Assembly (NCBI GenBank): GCA_965217775.1
Contig: CBDCJH010000002.1
Coordinates: 3,680,001-3,744,000, forward strand
DNA from: Acidobacteriota bacterium
Lineage (GTDB): Bacteria; Acidobacteriota; UBA6911; RPQK01; JAJDTT01
DNA: 64,000 nucleotides
Reading direction: 5' to 3'
Of this stretch, positions 18,428 through 28,514 are shown piece by piece. Each line of letters begins with the position of its first letter. Position 1 is the first letter of the stretch. The position numbers were made by a program, and so were the translations under genes. The notes beneath the pieces are model-generated. The model was not told the DNA's origin, ran no database searches, and saw nothing but the letters and a program-made list of their open reading frames with translations.

Positions 18428-19452
18428 TGAACTCGCTCATGTGCCCAGGCAAGCTGCTCACCCGGATTTTACTCGCCCTGGCCCTGGTCCCGGGCCTCTT
18501 GGCCCAGTCGAGCGCCGAGGCCGGAGACGATCCGCTGGAACCGTTCCGGGTGGAGGTGGAGGCGGTGAACGTCCTGGTGGCGGTCCACCACAAGAAGACG
18601 GGCCGGTTCGTCACGAACCTCTCGCCGCAGCACTTCATCATCAAGGAGGACGGCCGCCGCCAGCAGATCACCAACTTCGCCGCCCAGACGAACCTGCCGC
18701 TGACGATCGCCATCTGCGTGGACGCCAGCGCCAGCGTCCGGCTCAAGCTGGGCTTCGAGAAGGAGGTGGCCACCGACTTCCTCTTCGACGTGATGCGGCC
18801 CACCGACAAGGCGCTGCTGTTGGAATTCGACACCGGGGTGACGCTGCTGCACGACTTCACCTCCAACCCCAACGCGCTGCTGGCCGAGATCGACAACCTC
18901 AGGGCGGGCGGAGGCACCTCCCTTTACGACGCCATCTACCTGATCTCGGAGCAGAAGATGCTTCAGGAGTACGGCCGCAAGACGATCCTGGTCCTCTCGG
19001 ACGGGTCGGACCTGACCAGCGTCCGCACCTTCGACGAGACGCTCCGGATGGCCTATATGGCCGAAGCCACCATCTACGCCATCAGCACCACCCGGTTCGG
19101 GGCGGGTGAGGACGCCAGGGGCGACAAGGCGCTGGAAAAACTGACCGGGAACACCGGTGGCACCGTCTTCTTCCCACATTCCAGCAACAACCTGGCGGAG
19201 GCCTTCAAGACCATCGACCAGGAACTGCGGAGCCAGTACAACCTGACCTACGTCCCCACCAACAAGAAGAAGGACGGCACCCTCCGGAAGATCGAGGTGG
19301 AGGTGAAGGCGGACGACGTCCGGATTCGCCACCGGCGAGGTTACTACGCTCCGTTCGACCCCATGGACAAGTGGAAGCAGCGGGCTCTGGAGTTGGAGCG
19401 GCGGCGGTTCCAGGAGGAGCGGGAGAAGGCGAAGGATACGGGGAAGGAGTAG
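18427..19452 (+). CDS. VWA domain protein (acidobacterial type)
   Basis: DASAS MIDAS motif, GGTSLYDAI, LSDGSD, ELRSQYNLTY, RHRRGYYA. Confidence 0.85.
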   Translation: MNSLMCPGKLLTRILLALALVPGLLAQSSAEAGDDPLEPFRVEVEAVNVLVAVHHKKTGRFVTNLSPQHFIIKEDGRRQQITNFAAQTNLPLTIAICVDASASVRLKLGFEKEVATDFLFDVMRPTDKALLLEFDTGVTLLHDFTSNPNALLAEIDNLRAGGGTSLYDAIYLISEQKMLQEYGRKTILVLSDGSDLTSVRTFDETLRMAYMAEATIYAISTTRFGAGEDARGDKALEKLTGNTGGTVFFPHSSNNLAEAFKTIDQELRSQYNLTYVPTNKKKDGTLRKIEVEVKADDVRIRHRRGYYAPFDPMDKWKQRALELERRRFQEEREKAKDTGKE

Positions 19453-19458
19453 CCCGAG

Positions 19459-20325
19459 TTAGAAGCTCAACTGCGAGACTCGCTCGCGGTGCCTCTCGTT
19501 CCAGAATTCGGCCAGGCTCCGATAGTAACGGGCCTCTTCCATTCGGCCTCGTTTCTCGCACCCCCCTGCCAGGATTTCCGCTTTTCGAACGATCTCCGCG
19601 GCCGTCCAGGCCTCCTGCTGCAGGCTGACGATCCCGCTTTCGACGGTCTTCACCATGGCTCGAATTCGGAAACGGTCCAGTCCCCAGGTGCTCCTCGAGA
19701 GTTGGTCGGCATGGCCGCCGGTCTTGACCAGCAGAGGCCGGTCCACGAAGCAGATGGGGTGGCGGGCGAACATGCGGAGCCAGAGTTCGTAGTCCTCGCA
19801 AACGGGGAACGTCTCGTCGAATACTCCGCATCGATCAAGTAGCTGTCGCGAGATAAGGATGGAACTGGGGCTGATGACACAGCGGGGGAGAGAGTAGCGG
19901 TAGACCCAGCCGCCGTACTTGCGATGGATCTTCTTGGGGTTCACCCGGCGGCCGCGACGGATCCAGATCTCGTCGGAGTGGACGGCGAGGTAGCCTGAAT
20001 GGAACTTCAGCGCCGCAAGCTGAGTCTCCAGCTTCTTGGGAAGCCACGTGTCATCACTGTCGAGGAACGAGATCCAAGGAAATTTCGCCTGCTGAATCCC
20101 CAGATTGCGGGCGGCGCTGACGCCCCGGTGTTCGGTTCGCAGGTACCGGATTCGCGGATCACCGGATTCTGACCAGTCCCAGTACGTGCCGTCGCTGGAA
20201 CCGTCGTCGACGATGAGGAGTTCCCAGTCGCGAAAAGTCTGCGACCGGACTGATTCCACAGCTCCGGCCAGGGTTTTCCGGCGATTGTGGGTGGGAATGA
20301 TGACGCTGACACCTATTATCGGCAC
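19459..20325 (-). CDS. Glycosyltransferase family 2
   Basis: VSVIIPTHNR, VDDGSSD, GVSAARN, FLDSDD, EDYELWLR. Confidence 0.9.
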   Translation of the reverse strand: MPIIGVSVIIPTHNRRKTLAGAVESVRSQTFRDWELLIVDDGSSDGTYWDWSESGDPRIRYLRTEHRGVSAARNLGIQQAKFPWISFLDSDDTWLPKKLETQLAALKFHSGYLAVHSDEIWIRRGRRVNPKKIHRKYGGWVYRYSLPRCVISPSSILISRQLLDRCGVFDETFPVCEDYELWLRMFARHPICFVDRPLLVKTGGHADQLSRSTWGLDRFRIRAMVKTVESGIVSLQQEAWTAAEIVRKAEILAGGCEKRGRMEEARYYRSLAEFWNERHRERVSQLSF

Positions 20326-20634
20326 GGATCCCTTTCAGAATTACATGCTCCGCCCCGGCCCGAACTTGATTTTCCCTTACCGGTGGCGTTTACTGGCACC
20401 GTGGCTCACTTGAGCAATCGCCCGCAAAGATTCGGTGAAGTGGAGGTCTGGAGTCAACGGCTCGGCGAAGTCGGTCCAGGACCTCTCTTACTTGGAAACC
20501 CTCGCTAGCCACAACGGATCAACCCCTGATCTATAACTCGGTTGCTCAGCAATCGGTTTGTTCTCTTTCGAAAAGTCGTCTGGCCGGAGTCTCGGGAAAT
20601 CCTCTGTGCCAGTGCAGATCGAAGGAGTGCCTCA

Positions 20635-23600
20635 GTGTCTTCACGCTACCGAATTCTTCGCCCTTTGGAACCCGGGCCGGACCTGCGCGTCTACTTGGCC
20701 GTTGACGAATGGGATGCCGCCCGAAACAAAGTTCTGAGTCTACTGCCGGGAAAGATCACTTCCCGGACAAGCCTTCTGGAGGTGGAGCGCTTGTTCGAGA
20801 TGCGTACGGCGCTCGATCATTCATGGCTCCATCCGGTCCAGGACGTCGCCTTTCGAGGTAAACGTCCCGGCTTCATCTGCGATTACCTGACCCGGAAACT
20901 CATCGACGCAAAGGGAGGGCGACTGACGCCTTCCCGAGCGATGAAGTGTTCCGTGCAACTCGCAGATCTGCTTTCTTACCTTCACTACAGAGGATTCCTC
21001 TGCGGATACCTGAAGCCTTCTCATCTTTTCGTGGGGAACTGCGGGGATCTGCTTCTCAATCTTCCGGCTCCCAAGCAGGGCCCGTCCGGAAAGTCTCTCC
21101 CGGCCCATGTTATTCGGTATGCCTCACCAGAGTGGATCAGACATGGAACCCCATCGAAGCAAAGCGACCTCTACTCGCTCGGAATGGTCCTCTATCGGCT
21201 GTTTACGGGCCACGATCCCTATCGGGAGAAGAACCCCGAAGTCCTTCTGCTGAAACAGGCCCTGACTACCCCGGCCCGGCCCCGGAAATTGAATCCCGAC
21301 ATTCCAGCCAACGTGGAGCAACTGATTCTGGATCTCATTCAGAAGGATCCGGAAGCTCGACCCTCTTCGGCCAGCTACGTGAGCACCGCTCTACAGGCCG
21401 TCATCCGCTTGGCCGCTCCTCCATCCCCACGATTCCGCTGCTCGTTGATCGGCAGGTCGGACGAGTCCACCAGGCTCCGCCAAATCTTGGATCTCCATAT
21501 CCAGGATCCCAAGCCTCGATTCGTCTCCCTCGCCGGCTCCAGCGGAATCGGCAAAACGGCGGTCACGGGACGGGTCGAATTGGCGGCGCGGCTCCGCAGA
21601 ACCACGACGTTCTCAGCGAGCCATCACCCCGGTGACGGGATCCTGGAAGCGTTCCAGGCGGAATCCGAACTCGGCCAGCGCTGGAGGGTCACCGACACTT
21701 GGCAGGCGGCGAAGAGTTCCGCACAGCTCATCGAAACCTTGCTCTCGTTTCTGAGGAACGTGTCCTCACTCTCTCCGGTCGTCTTCTGCATCAACGACCT
21801 GCAATGGATGGATGAGAGTTCGCTGGAACTATACAGACGCGCGTTTGGAGACGATCCCATACCGGTTCTCTTCGTTGGCAACTACCGGACCGATGAACTT
21901 CCGGAATATTGGAACACGTTGAAATCGGAGCTGGAACGGAATGGACACTTGGAGGAAGTCCGGTTGTCACCCCTGGATCCCATCGAGTCGGAGCAACTCG
22001 TCGAAACCTTGCTTGGAGGTCCGGATCCGACCGTCACCTCTACGATACTGCCGCAAAGCACCGGCAATCCTTTTTATGTTCATGAATCTCTCCGCTATCT
22101 GCACGAAACGGGACAATTGAACTTTCGTTCCGGGCAGTGGAAGTATTCACCGACCCGAACCAGGGATTCTTTCCTGCCCGCGGCGGCATCCGGAACAATT
22201 GCCGGCCGTTTGGATCGGCTCACACCGGACCAACGGGAAGTCCTCGATCATCTGGCCCTGATACGAAAACCAATATCGGCCACCAGACTTGCCGGCATTC
22301 TTCAGACCTCGGGCGATTCTCTCTCGGAAGAGATCTACGCCCTGGATCGCCTCAACCTGGTCGGTGTATCGGGAAGCCTCCATGCTCCCGTCCTCACGGT
22401 GGCTCACGACTGGATCGCTCGGACCATTGTCCAACGAATCGGCGAATCCTCGACCAGATATCAGCAGATTCACGGACGTATCGGCAGTGTCCTGGAGAAC
22501 CGGATCCTGAAGTCGGATGACGCGCTCCTGCTGAAGGAGTTGCTGCGCCACTACCTGGCCGCACACGAAATCGGCAAGGTGAGGCAGTACATCTGGGAAA
22601 CCCTGCACCGATTGCGCGAACGACGAGCGTACAGGGACGCTTCCAACCTGCTTCGTCGCGCGTTGCGTTTGGGCGCGCTGCCTATCGACACCCGGGACCT
22701 CATCCGGAAATCGGCCGAGATCATGTATCTGGGCGGCAGTCTGCGCGAGTGTCACGAATTCTGTCTGAACCAACTCGATTCGGGGCCGTCTCAAGCAGAT
22801 CATCGAGCGTGCCTGCTTTCCATGGCGGCCCAGATCCACATCCACTTGGGGAGAATGGGACAAGGCATCGATACGCTGCAGGAAGCCCTCTCCGTCCTGG
22901 ACCAGGCATCCACCCAATTCTCGCAAGGAGAGCTCCAAGGAGAGTGGCTCTACGCCATGAGCCGGACGGGGAAGCACTTGGAGGTTGGCCCGGTGGCCGC
23001 TCAAATGCTGATTCAGTGCGAGAAGGACGCGGCCCTGGCTGAAAAGCATCACCTTGCCTTCGCCTCCTTCGCGCATGCCAACGGAGATCCGGATCAAGCC
23101 ACCCATTGGCAACTGGCCGCCGTACGATCAGCGATCAAACGATGTCGATCCATCAGTCTGGGCAATCGAATCACAAACCTTTCCGTCCTGTATTCGGAGC
23201 TCGGGAAATTCAAATCAGCCAGAAACACGGCTCGATACAGCCTGTCTCTGGCCAGGGAATATGGCAATCCCGAATTGGCGATTCTGGCGCAGAAAGCGCT
23301 GGCGATCCACAGCCGAAAGCTGGGTCATCACAGACATGCGGTGCCACGACTGAGGGAATTGATCTCCAAGAACCGAGACCTGAATCAGAATCGGCATACT
23401 GAAATCGAACTCCATATCGAACTGACGAAAAACCTGAACTATCTGCTGGAACTGGAGACCGCGGTCAGTGTCGGCGCCGCGGCGTTGGAAGCGTGTGCCG
23501 ACCTCCCCGTGTTCTCGTCCTTTGTCGATGCCACGTTGGCGGCGAGTTGGACCTGGGTCATGTTGGGTCTCCCGGACCGGGCCTTGGAGACGCTCGCCCC

Positions 23601-25716
23601 TCTCGAAGTGCGGAAACTCGGTCGGGAGAAGGGACGCTTTCTTCTTCTCAGGACCAGGATTCACCAGGATCTGGCCGAGTATGAGCAGGCGTACGAAACC
23701 GCTATCGAAGCCAAGGAGACCCTCGTGCCGTACCTGCCGTACTACCGAGCGAGAGGACTCCTGAGTCTTGCGGAAACTCTCTTGGCGCTGGGCCGATCTT
23801 CCGGTGCCGAAAGCTGCATTCGAAAGGCAACCGGCCTTTCGATGGAGCATTCCTACCTGCCCTTGCTCGCAACGGCACACCTCCTGAGGGCGAGACATCT
23901 GCTGAAGGAAGACTCGCCCGACCGCGCCCGCGTCCTCTCGCTTCGGGCACTACAACTGGTCACGCACATGGATCGGCCCGGACTCGAAGCCGAGTTGTAT
24001 CGGGTGCGGGCCAGGGCCGAGGTCGCGAGCGGCGAACGCGGGAACGGGGTCCGAAGCTACTCACGAGCCCTGCAGATCTTGAAGGAAAGAGCAGTCCATC
24101 TCTCCGCCGACTTCCGAAGTTCGTTCTCCGAACGCTTCATCTCACCCATCGCGGCCGAACGCGACCAGGTGTTCCGCCGGATTTCCAGGCATCCCGCGCC
24201 CAGGTATCTGGGACATCTGCACGAACTGGTTTCGTCCCTGGGGGAACACGGCGGACTCGCCGAGATCGCCGAGGCGGCCCTGGACTGTCTCGCCGCGGGG
24301 GTTCCGGATTTGGGCGCGAACCTGTTTGGCCGGGAGCATCCTTCCCAGCGATTCCATCGCCTCGCTCACTGCGGAAAATGCGTCAGGAGTGGACGACAGA
24401 CCCTCCCTCAAGGGAACGACGGTCGAGTGTTCGAGGGGTCGCTGGAGCAGGTTCACGGGAAGGACGGATCTCTGGCGATGCGGTTCTACGCAGGCGGAGA
24501 ACTGCTGGCTCTTCTCTATCTGGAACCACCCCTTCAGGGAATGTCCGAAGAGGACATGGACTTTCTGGCCTGCGCCGTCAAACTCCTGGAATGGCAGTTG
24601 CCGATCCGGACCGAACCCGCTGCGGAACGGCTCGAAACCGCCTCAGCCCTCATCCTGAAAGATGCCAGGACAATCATCGGAGAGCACCCGTCCATGAAGA
24701 TGTTGTTCGGCCACATCAAACGGGCCGCGCGCTCGGACGCGACCGTCTTGATCTACGGAGAAAGCGGAACCGGCAAGGAACTCGTTGCCCAGGCTCTCCA
24801 CGACTACAGCCACCGCTCGCGCGGCCCCATGACTCCGGTCAACTGCGGCGCGCTCCCCAAGGAACTCATCGAAAGCGAACTCTTCGGGCACCGTCAGGGG
24901 AGTTTCACGGGAGCCGTGCGGGACCAACCTGGACTCTTCGAAGCCGCGTCCGGCGGAACGTTGTTCCTGGACGAAATCGGGGCCCTGTCCCTGGGTCTCC
25001 AGGTTCGCATGCTGCGGGCGCTTCAGGAGCGGAAGGTGCGGCGCGTGGGCGAAACCCGGGAGCGCGCCGTGGATGTGAGGATCGTGGCGGCCACCAATCA
25101 GCCCCTGGAGGATCTGATCGCAAAAGGCTTGTTTCGGGAAGACCTCTATCACCGGCTGAACGTCTACTACTTGGAGATTCCTCCACTCCGGGAGCGGTCG
25201 ACGGACATCCCGCACCTGGCCCAGTTCTTTCTGGATTCCTTCAACCGGCGCTGGGGAACCAATAAGACCCTGTCCGGAAGGGCCCGGCTCCACTTGAGCC
25301 GATATGACTATCCGGGAAACGTCAGGGAGCTGGAGAACATCCTGGAGAGTAGCTATCACCTTTGCGACGAGACCATTGACCTGCCCGAGGTGTCATCACG
25401 GCTCACACGCCCGAAGAAGAAGTCGTCCCGAGCCGAGATGCTCGCCGAACTCGTGGAGCGGATGGTGGACGGCCAGGCCGACTTCTGGGATGACGTCCGC
25501 GACGTCTACCTCCGCCGCGACCTCACCCGGGACGACCTTCGCCGGATCGTTTCCCTCGGCCTGGAGGCATGCGGAGGGAGCTATCAGCGCCTGGTCCACT
25601 ACTTTGGATTGCCCAAGGAGGATTACAAGAAGTTTCTCTCCTTTCTGTCCAACCACGGCTGCAAAGTCGACTTCCGGCCCTTTCGGGCGCGGAGGCCGAG
25701 ACCTCCTGGGCGGTGA
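20635..25716 (+). CDS. Pseudokinase + P-loop NTPase + TPR-like + sigma54-interaction AAA+ transcriptional regulator
   Basis: YASPE and SDLYSLG kinase motifs; GSSGIGKT; GESGTGKE, ESELFGH..GSFTGA, FLDEIG, FREDLYHRL, PGNVREL; GAAGGAG before GTG 20635 (open frame extends to 20542). Confidence 0.85.
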   Translation: MSSRYRILRPLEPGPDLRVYLAVDEWDAARNKVLSLLPGKITSRTSLLEVERLFEMRTALDHSWLHPVQDVAFRGKRPGFICDYLTRKLIDAKGGRLTPSRAMKCSVQLADLLSYLHYRGFLCGYLKPSHLFVGNCGDLLLNLPAPKQGPSGKSLPAHVIRYASPEWIRHGTPSKQSDLYSLGMVLYRLFTGHDPYREKNPEVLLLKQALTTPARPRKLNPDIPANVEQLILDLIQKDPEARPSSASYVSTALQAVIRLAAPPSPRFRCSLIGRSDESTRLRQILDLHIQDPKPRFVSLAGSSGIGKTAVTGRVELAARLRRTTTFSASHHPGDGILEAFQAESELGQRWRVTDTWQAAKSSAQLIETLLSFLRNVSSLSPVVFCINDLQWMDESSLELYRRAFGDDPIPVLFVGNYRTDELPEYWNTLKSELERNGHLEEVRLSPLDPIESEQLVETLLGGPDPTVTSTILPQSTGNPFYVHESLRYLHETGQLNFRSGQWKYSPTRTRDSFLPAAASGTIAGRLDRLTPDQREVLDHLALIRKPISATRLAGILQTSGDSLSEEIYALDRLNLVGVSGSLHAPVLTVAHDWIARTIVQRIGESSTRYQQIHGRIGSVLENRILKSDDALLLKELLRHYLAAHEIGKVRQYIWETLHRLRERRAYRDASNLLRRALRLGALPIDTRDLIRKSAEIMYLGGSLRECHEFCLNQLDSGPSQADHRACLLSMAAQIHIHLGRMGQGIDTLQEALSVLDQASTQFSQGELQGEWLYAMSRTGKHLEVGPVAAQMLIQCEKDAALAEKHHLAFASFAHANGDPDQATHWQLAAVRSAIKRCRSISLGNRITNLSVLYSELGKFKSARNTARYSLSLAREYGNPELAILAQKALAIHSRKLGHHRHAVPRLRELISKNRDLNQNRHTEIELHIELTKNLNYLLELETAVSVGAAALEACADLPVFSSFVDATLAASWTWVMLGLPDRALETLAPLEVRKLGREKGRFLLLRTRIHQDLAEYEQAYETAIEAKETLVPYLPYYRARGLLSLAETLLALGRSSGAESCIRKATGLSMEHSYLPLLATAHLLRARHLLKEDSPDRARVLSLRALQLVTHMDRPGLEAELYRVRARAEVASGERGNGVRSYSRALQILKERAVHLSADFRSSFSERFISPIAAERDQVFRRISRHPAPRYLGHLHELVSSLGEHGGLAEIAEAALDCLAAGVPDLGANLFGREHPSQRFHRLAHCGKCVRSGRQTLPQGNDGRVFEGSLEQVHGKDGSLAMRFYAGGELLALLYLEPPLQGMSEEDMDFLACAVKLLEWQLPIRTEPAAERLETASALILKDARTIIGEHPSMKMLFGHIKRAARSDATVLIYGESGTGKELVAQALHDYSHRSRGPMTPVNCGALPKELIESELFGHRQGSFTGAVRDQPGLFEAASGGTLFLDEIGALSLGLQVRMLRALQERKVRRVGETRERAVDVRIVAATNQPLEDLIAKGLFREDLYHRLNVYYLEIPPLRERSTDIPHLAQFFLDSFNRRWGTNKTLSGRARLHLSRYDYPGNVRELENILESSYHLCDETIDLPEVSSRLTRPKKKSSRAEMLAELVERMVDGQADFWDDVRDVYLRRDLTRDDLRRIVSLGLEACGGSYQRLVHYFGLPKEDYKKFLSFLSNHGCKVDFRPFRARRPRPPGR
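25386..25716 (+). repeat. 331-bp direct repeat, copy 1 (3' end of the regulator gene)
   Basis: Ungapped alignment to 26170-26500 with 17 mismatches by hand count. Confidence 0.9.
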
Positions 25717-25760
25717 AGCAGGGGATGATGTGAAACGGCATGGCGAAGGCTTCTTCCTAT

Positions 25761-25827
25761 TATCGGAGCCTTTACTCCGATATTTCCGGCCGGGACGATT
25801 GACAAGGAAATCCGATATCGGATTTCC
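25761..25827. promoter_or_regulatory. Operator-like palindromes flanking a TTGACA
   Basis: TATCGGAG-N6-CTCCGATA (25761-25782), TTGACA (25799-25804), perfect 22-bp GGAAATCCGATATCGGATTTCC (25806-25827). Confidence 0.55.
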
Positions 25828-25853
25828 GATTAATTATCATTGATGGAGGCGGC

Positions 25854-26033
25854 ATGCTTGTGGAAATCTATAGAGATCGACGTGAAAGAAAAATCAGGCG
25901 AGCGCGTGAGGATGCTCTGAGACAAGTGTTCCAAGACATCTCTCGCGCGGAAATTTCTCTTCCCGAAGAACTTCGTGAGAAATATCAGAAATTTCTGAGT
26001 CCCATTCGTAAAGGGACTACTCCTAACCGGTGA
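25854..26033 (+). CDS. Small 59-aa charged hypothetical protein (absent from the ORF track)
   Basis: GGAGG RBS; MLVEIYRDRRERKIRRAREDALRQVFQDISRAEISLPEELREKYQKFLSPIRKGTTPNR. Confidence 0.5.
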   Translation: MLVEIYRDRRERKIRRAREDALRQVFQDISRAEISLPEELREKYQKFLSPIRKGTTPNR

Positions 26034-26169
26034 CTTTCTGGTAAGGATGCCGAGACCGCGCGGCTGGCGACCCGGAGTTGAGCCCGATCTTCAGCAAAAC
26101 GCCAATACAGGGTCGAATTCTGCGCCCGTGCATAGAGAAAGTAACTGTCCCCTTTTCCCGCTTCGTCCG

Positions 26170-26500
26170 CGAGGTGTCTTCCCGGCTCACACGCCGGAAG
26201 GCGAAGTCCTCCCGAGCCGAGATGCTCGCCGATCTCGTGGAGCGGATGGTGGACGGCCACGCCGACTTCTGGGATGACGTCCGGGACGTCTACCTGCGCC
26301 GCGACCTCACCCGGGACGACCTCCGCCGGATCGTCTCCCTTGGCCTGGAGGCATGCGGAGGGAGCTATCAGCGCCTGGCCCACTACTTCGGATTGCCCAA
26401 GGAGGACTACAAGAAGTTTCTCTCCTTTCTGTCCAACCACGGCTGCAAGGTCGACTTCCGGCCCTTTCGGGCGCGGAGGCCGAGACCTCCTGGGCGGTGA
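26170..26500 (+). pseudogene. Orphan copy of the regulator C-terminal domain (direct repeat, copy 2)
   Basis: Encodes the same FWDDVRDVYLRRDLTR...VDFRPFR domain without the upstream gene. Confidence 0.8.
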
Positions 26501-26574
26501 CGGAGGGACCAGTGTGGACCGTCGCCGAGAGACTCCGGCAATGGCAATTCGGATTCACCTCAAAGTGTAAAATT

Positions 26575-26949
26575 ATGGAATGGTGGATCAAACTTAGCGA
26601 AATCGTAAGAAATTTTGGAATCATCGTGGGTTCCGCGCTTGCATTGTTGATCGCGTGGCAGCGTGCACGTGCTGCGACCCGACAAGCCAGCGCGGCAAAC
26701 GACAGCCACTTTCAGGACGTTTTCGCGTCGACCGTCGCAAACTTGGGTAGCCGCTCCCTTTCTGTTCGGACCGGTGGAGTCGTCGCTCTAACGGAACTTG
26801 CCAACAGTGAGCCAAAATATCGCGACCGGGTGCGAGGAATATTGACAGGATTCGTCAGAACGGGAGGCCGGGACGACTTGAACGATGAGTTGCCGCCTGA
26901 CCTGCAGGATGCGCTCTACTATTTGCGTATCCCAAGCGTAGGAAGATGA
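26575..26949 (+). CDS. N-terminal half of a membrane-anchored pentapeptide-repeat protein
   Basis: One TM helix, F...VANLGS.SLSVRTGGVVAL motif typical of this architecture; ends at TGA TGA. Confidence 0.6.
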   Translation: MEWWIKLSEIVRNFGIIVGSALALLIAWQRARAATRQASAANDSHFQDVFASTVANLGSRSLSVRTGGVVALTELANSEPKYRDRVRGILTGFVRTGGRDDLNDELPPDLQDALYYLRIPSVGR

Positions 26950-26955
26950 TGAAAT

Positions 26956-27324
26956 ATGGCCATTAGACACCAAAATCCTCACCGGCATGAACGGCTCAAT
27001 CTACAAGGATCAAAGCTTCAATATGCTGATATTCGTGAAATGAATTACCCGTCCGTCATCTTTCGCCGCGTTGACTTCAGACACGCGATTCTGACCGACA
27101 CCAATTTTGCCGGCGCAGATTTTCGTGACGCTGATTTGTCGGATGCGGAAACGACCGGCACCAACTTCTCCGGAGCGGACTTGCGCGGCGCGGTGATCAC
27201 GTTGGATCAGTTGGCCCGGGCCGTCATTTCGCCCGAGACGAAGTTACCTGAAGGAATCACGCACGCGAAGGTTGCCTCGCGTGCCACGAAAACGAAGATG
27301 ATGCTCGCCCGTTCCGGCGGATGA
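26956..27324 (+). CDS. Pentapeptide repeat protein (C-terminal half, same frame as the previous ORF)
   Basis: TNFAG ADFRD ADLSD AETTG TNFSG ADLRG. Confidence 0.75.
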   Translation: MAIRHQNPHRHERLNLQGSKLQYADIREMNYPSVIFRRVDFRHAILTDTNFAGADFRDADLSDAETTGTNFSGADLRGAVITLDQLARAVISPETKLPEGITHAKVASRATKTKMMLARSGG

Positions 27325-27439
27325 GGCTTTTGACGGATTGACCTAACAGACCCAAGATGCCGGTGTAGAAAAAGCCGGAGGAACCAAGCGGAGCCTCGGC
27401 CATCCGACCCACCGAGTATTGAATTCTAAACCCAGCCAA

Positions 27440-28159
27440 TTAGCCGAAGACATGAATCCCGACGGAGATCAGCACGCCGTTCGTGCTGTATCGATAGTCG
27501 AGCCGCACCAACTCGTCGGCGACCACCCAGTCGGTGAGTGAACGGAAGTAGCGGACTCGAAAGTCCAGCGGCCACTTGAGCCGCAGCGTGGTTCCCGCGC
27601 CGATCGACCACGGCCATCTTCCCAGCCGCTCGCGGTCTTCCCCGGCCACTCCGGTCTCGGGATTCGTTGCTCCGCTCGCGAACTCGGTCCAGGTACGACG
27701 GACTCCGCCCAGGACGTAGACCTCGGCGAGGCCGCCGGCGACTCTCCGTCCCAAGATGATGTTGCCGCCCGCGCCCGCCAAGTCGCTGTAGTCCCACCGG
27801 CCGGGCCAGACGTCGTGCACGTTCCCGCTCCGGGTCGGAGAGATGGTGCCCTCCAGCTTGCGCCGGCTGGAGACGATCCCCTCGACCTCACCCCCAACCA
27901 GCCAGTTCCCGGGCAGGCCGAGGCGCAATCCGGCCGCCACGCTGCCGGCCAACGCGAGGCCCGTTGAGGAGGACGTGCTGGAACTGGACCCGTCCCCGAT
28001 GGTCACTTTCTTGGTGTGTTCCACCGTAATCGAGCCCGTCTCGGCACCTACGCGCAGGTAGAAGGGGGACTGAGCGCGGGCGTCGTCGACGCCGGTGCAC
28101 AGGCCGGCCAACGCGACCAAGCCGATCAATAGCCCTGGTCCAAGCTTGTGAAATTTCAA
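27440..28159 (-). CDS. Putative outer-membrane beta-barrel protein
   Basis: Signal peptide (ARA|Q), alternating amphipathic strands (WLVGGEVEG, LDFRVRYF), C-terminal VGIHVF. Confidence 0.6.
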   Translation of the reverse strand: MKFHKLGPGLLIGLVALAGLCTGVDDARAQSPFYLRVGAETGSITVEHTKKVTIGDGSSSSTSSSTGLALAGSVAAGLRLGLPGNWLVGGEVEGIVSSRRKLEGTISPTRSGNVHDVWPGRWDYSDLAGAGGNIILGRRVAGGLAEVYVLGGVRRTWTEFASGATNPETGVAGEDRERLGRWPWSIGAGTTLRLKWPLDFRVRYFRSLTDWVVADELVRLDYRYSTNGVLISVGIHVFG

Positions 28160-28300
28160 GACCTTCGACTCCCTTCCGGAGAACTATGACGATCGAAGAA
28201 ACGGAGCCTGCCCGTATGTGGCGATCAGCCTATGGTTCGTTGAAGCCGGGGTCAACTTCCAGGGACCCGACTTTCATTCGATTTCGGGACGGGACAATCA

Positions 28301-28496
28301 GGCGGCGACTTTCTTGTCGCCGGATGGGAGCGGCGGTTTTCTTGCCGCCGACCAGGGGGGGGTCAGGGGGGACGGTAGTCCCCCCTCTACACTTTCCGGC
28401 CACTACCCTCTCCGGTCACCGAATCGCGTAGCAACACAGAAGAATGGGGGACTAAAAGTCTCCCCTCCCAGTGGGCGACAAGAAAGTCGCGCCTCC
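28301..28496. repeat. REP/REPIN-like composite element, copy 2
   Basis: Colinear with 5798-5990 including the spacer (G runs, CTCTACACTT, AATCGC.TAGCAACAC.GAAGA). Confidence 0.8.
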
Positions 28497-28514
28497 AGTT
28501 TCTCCTGCGTGGTG

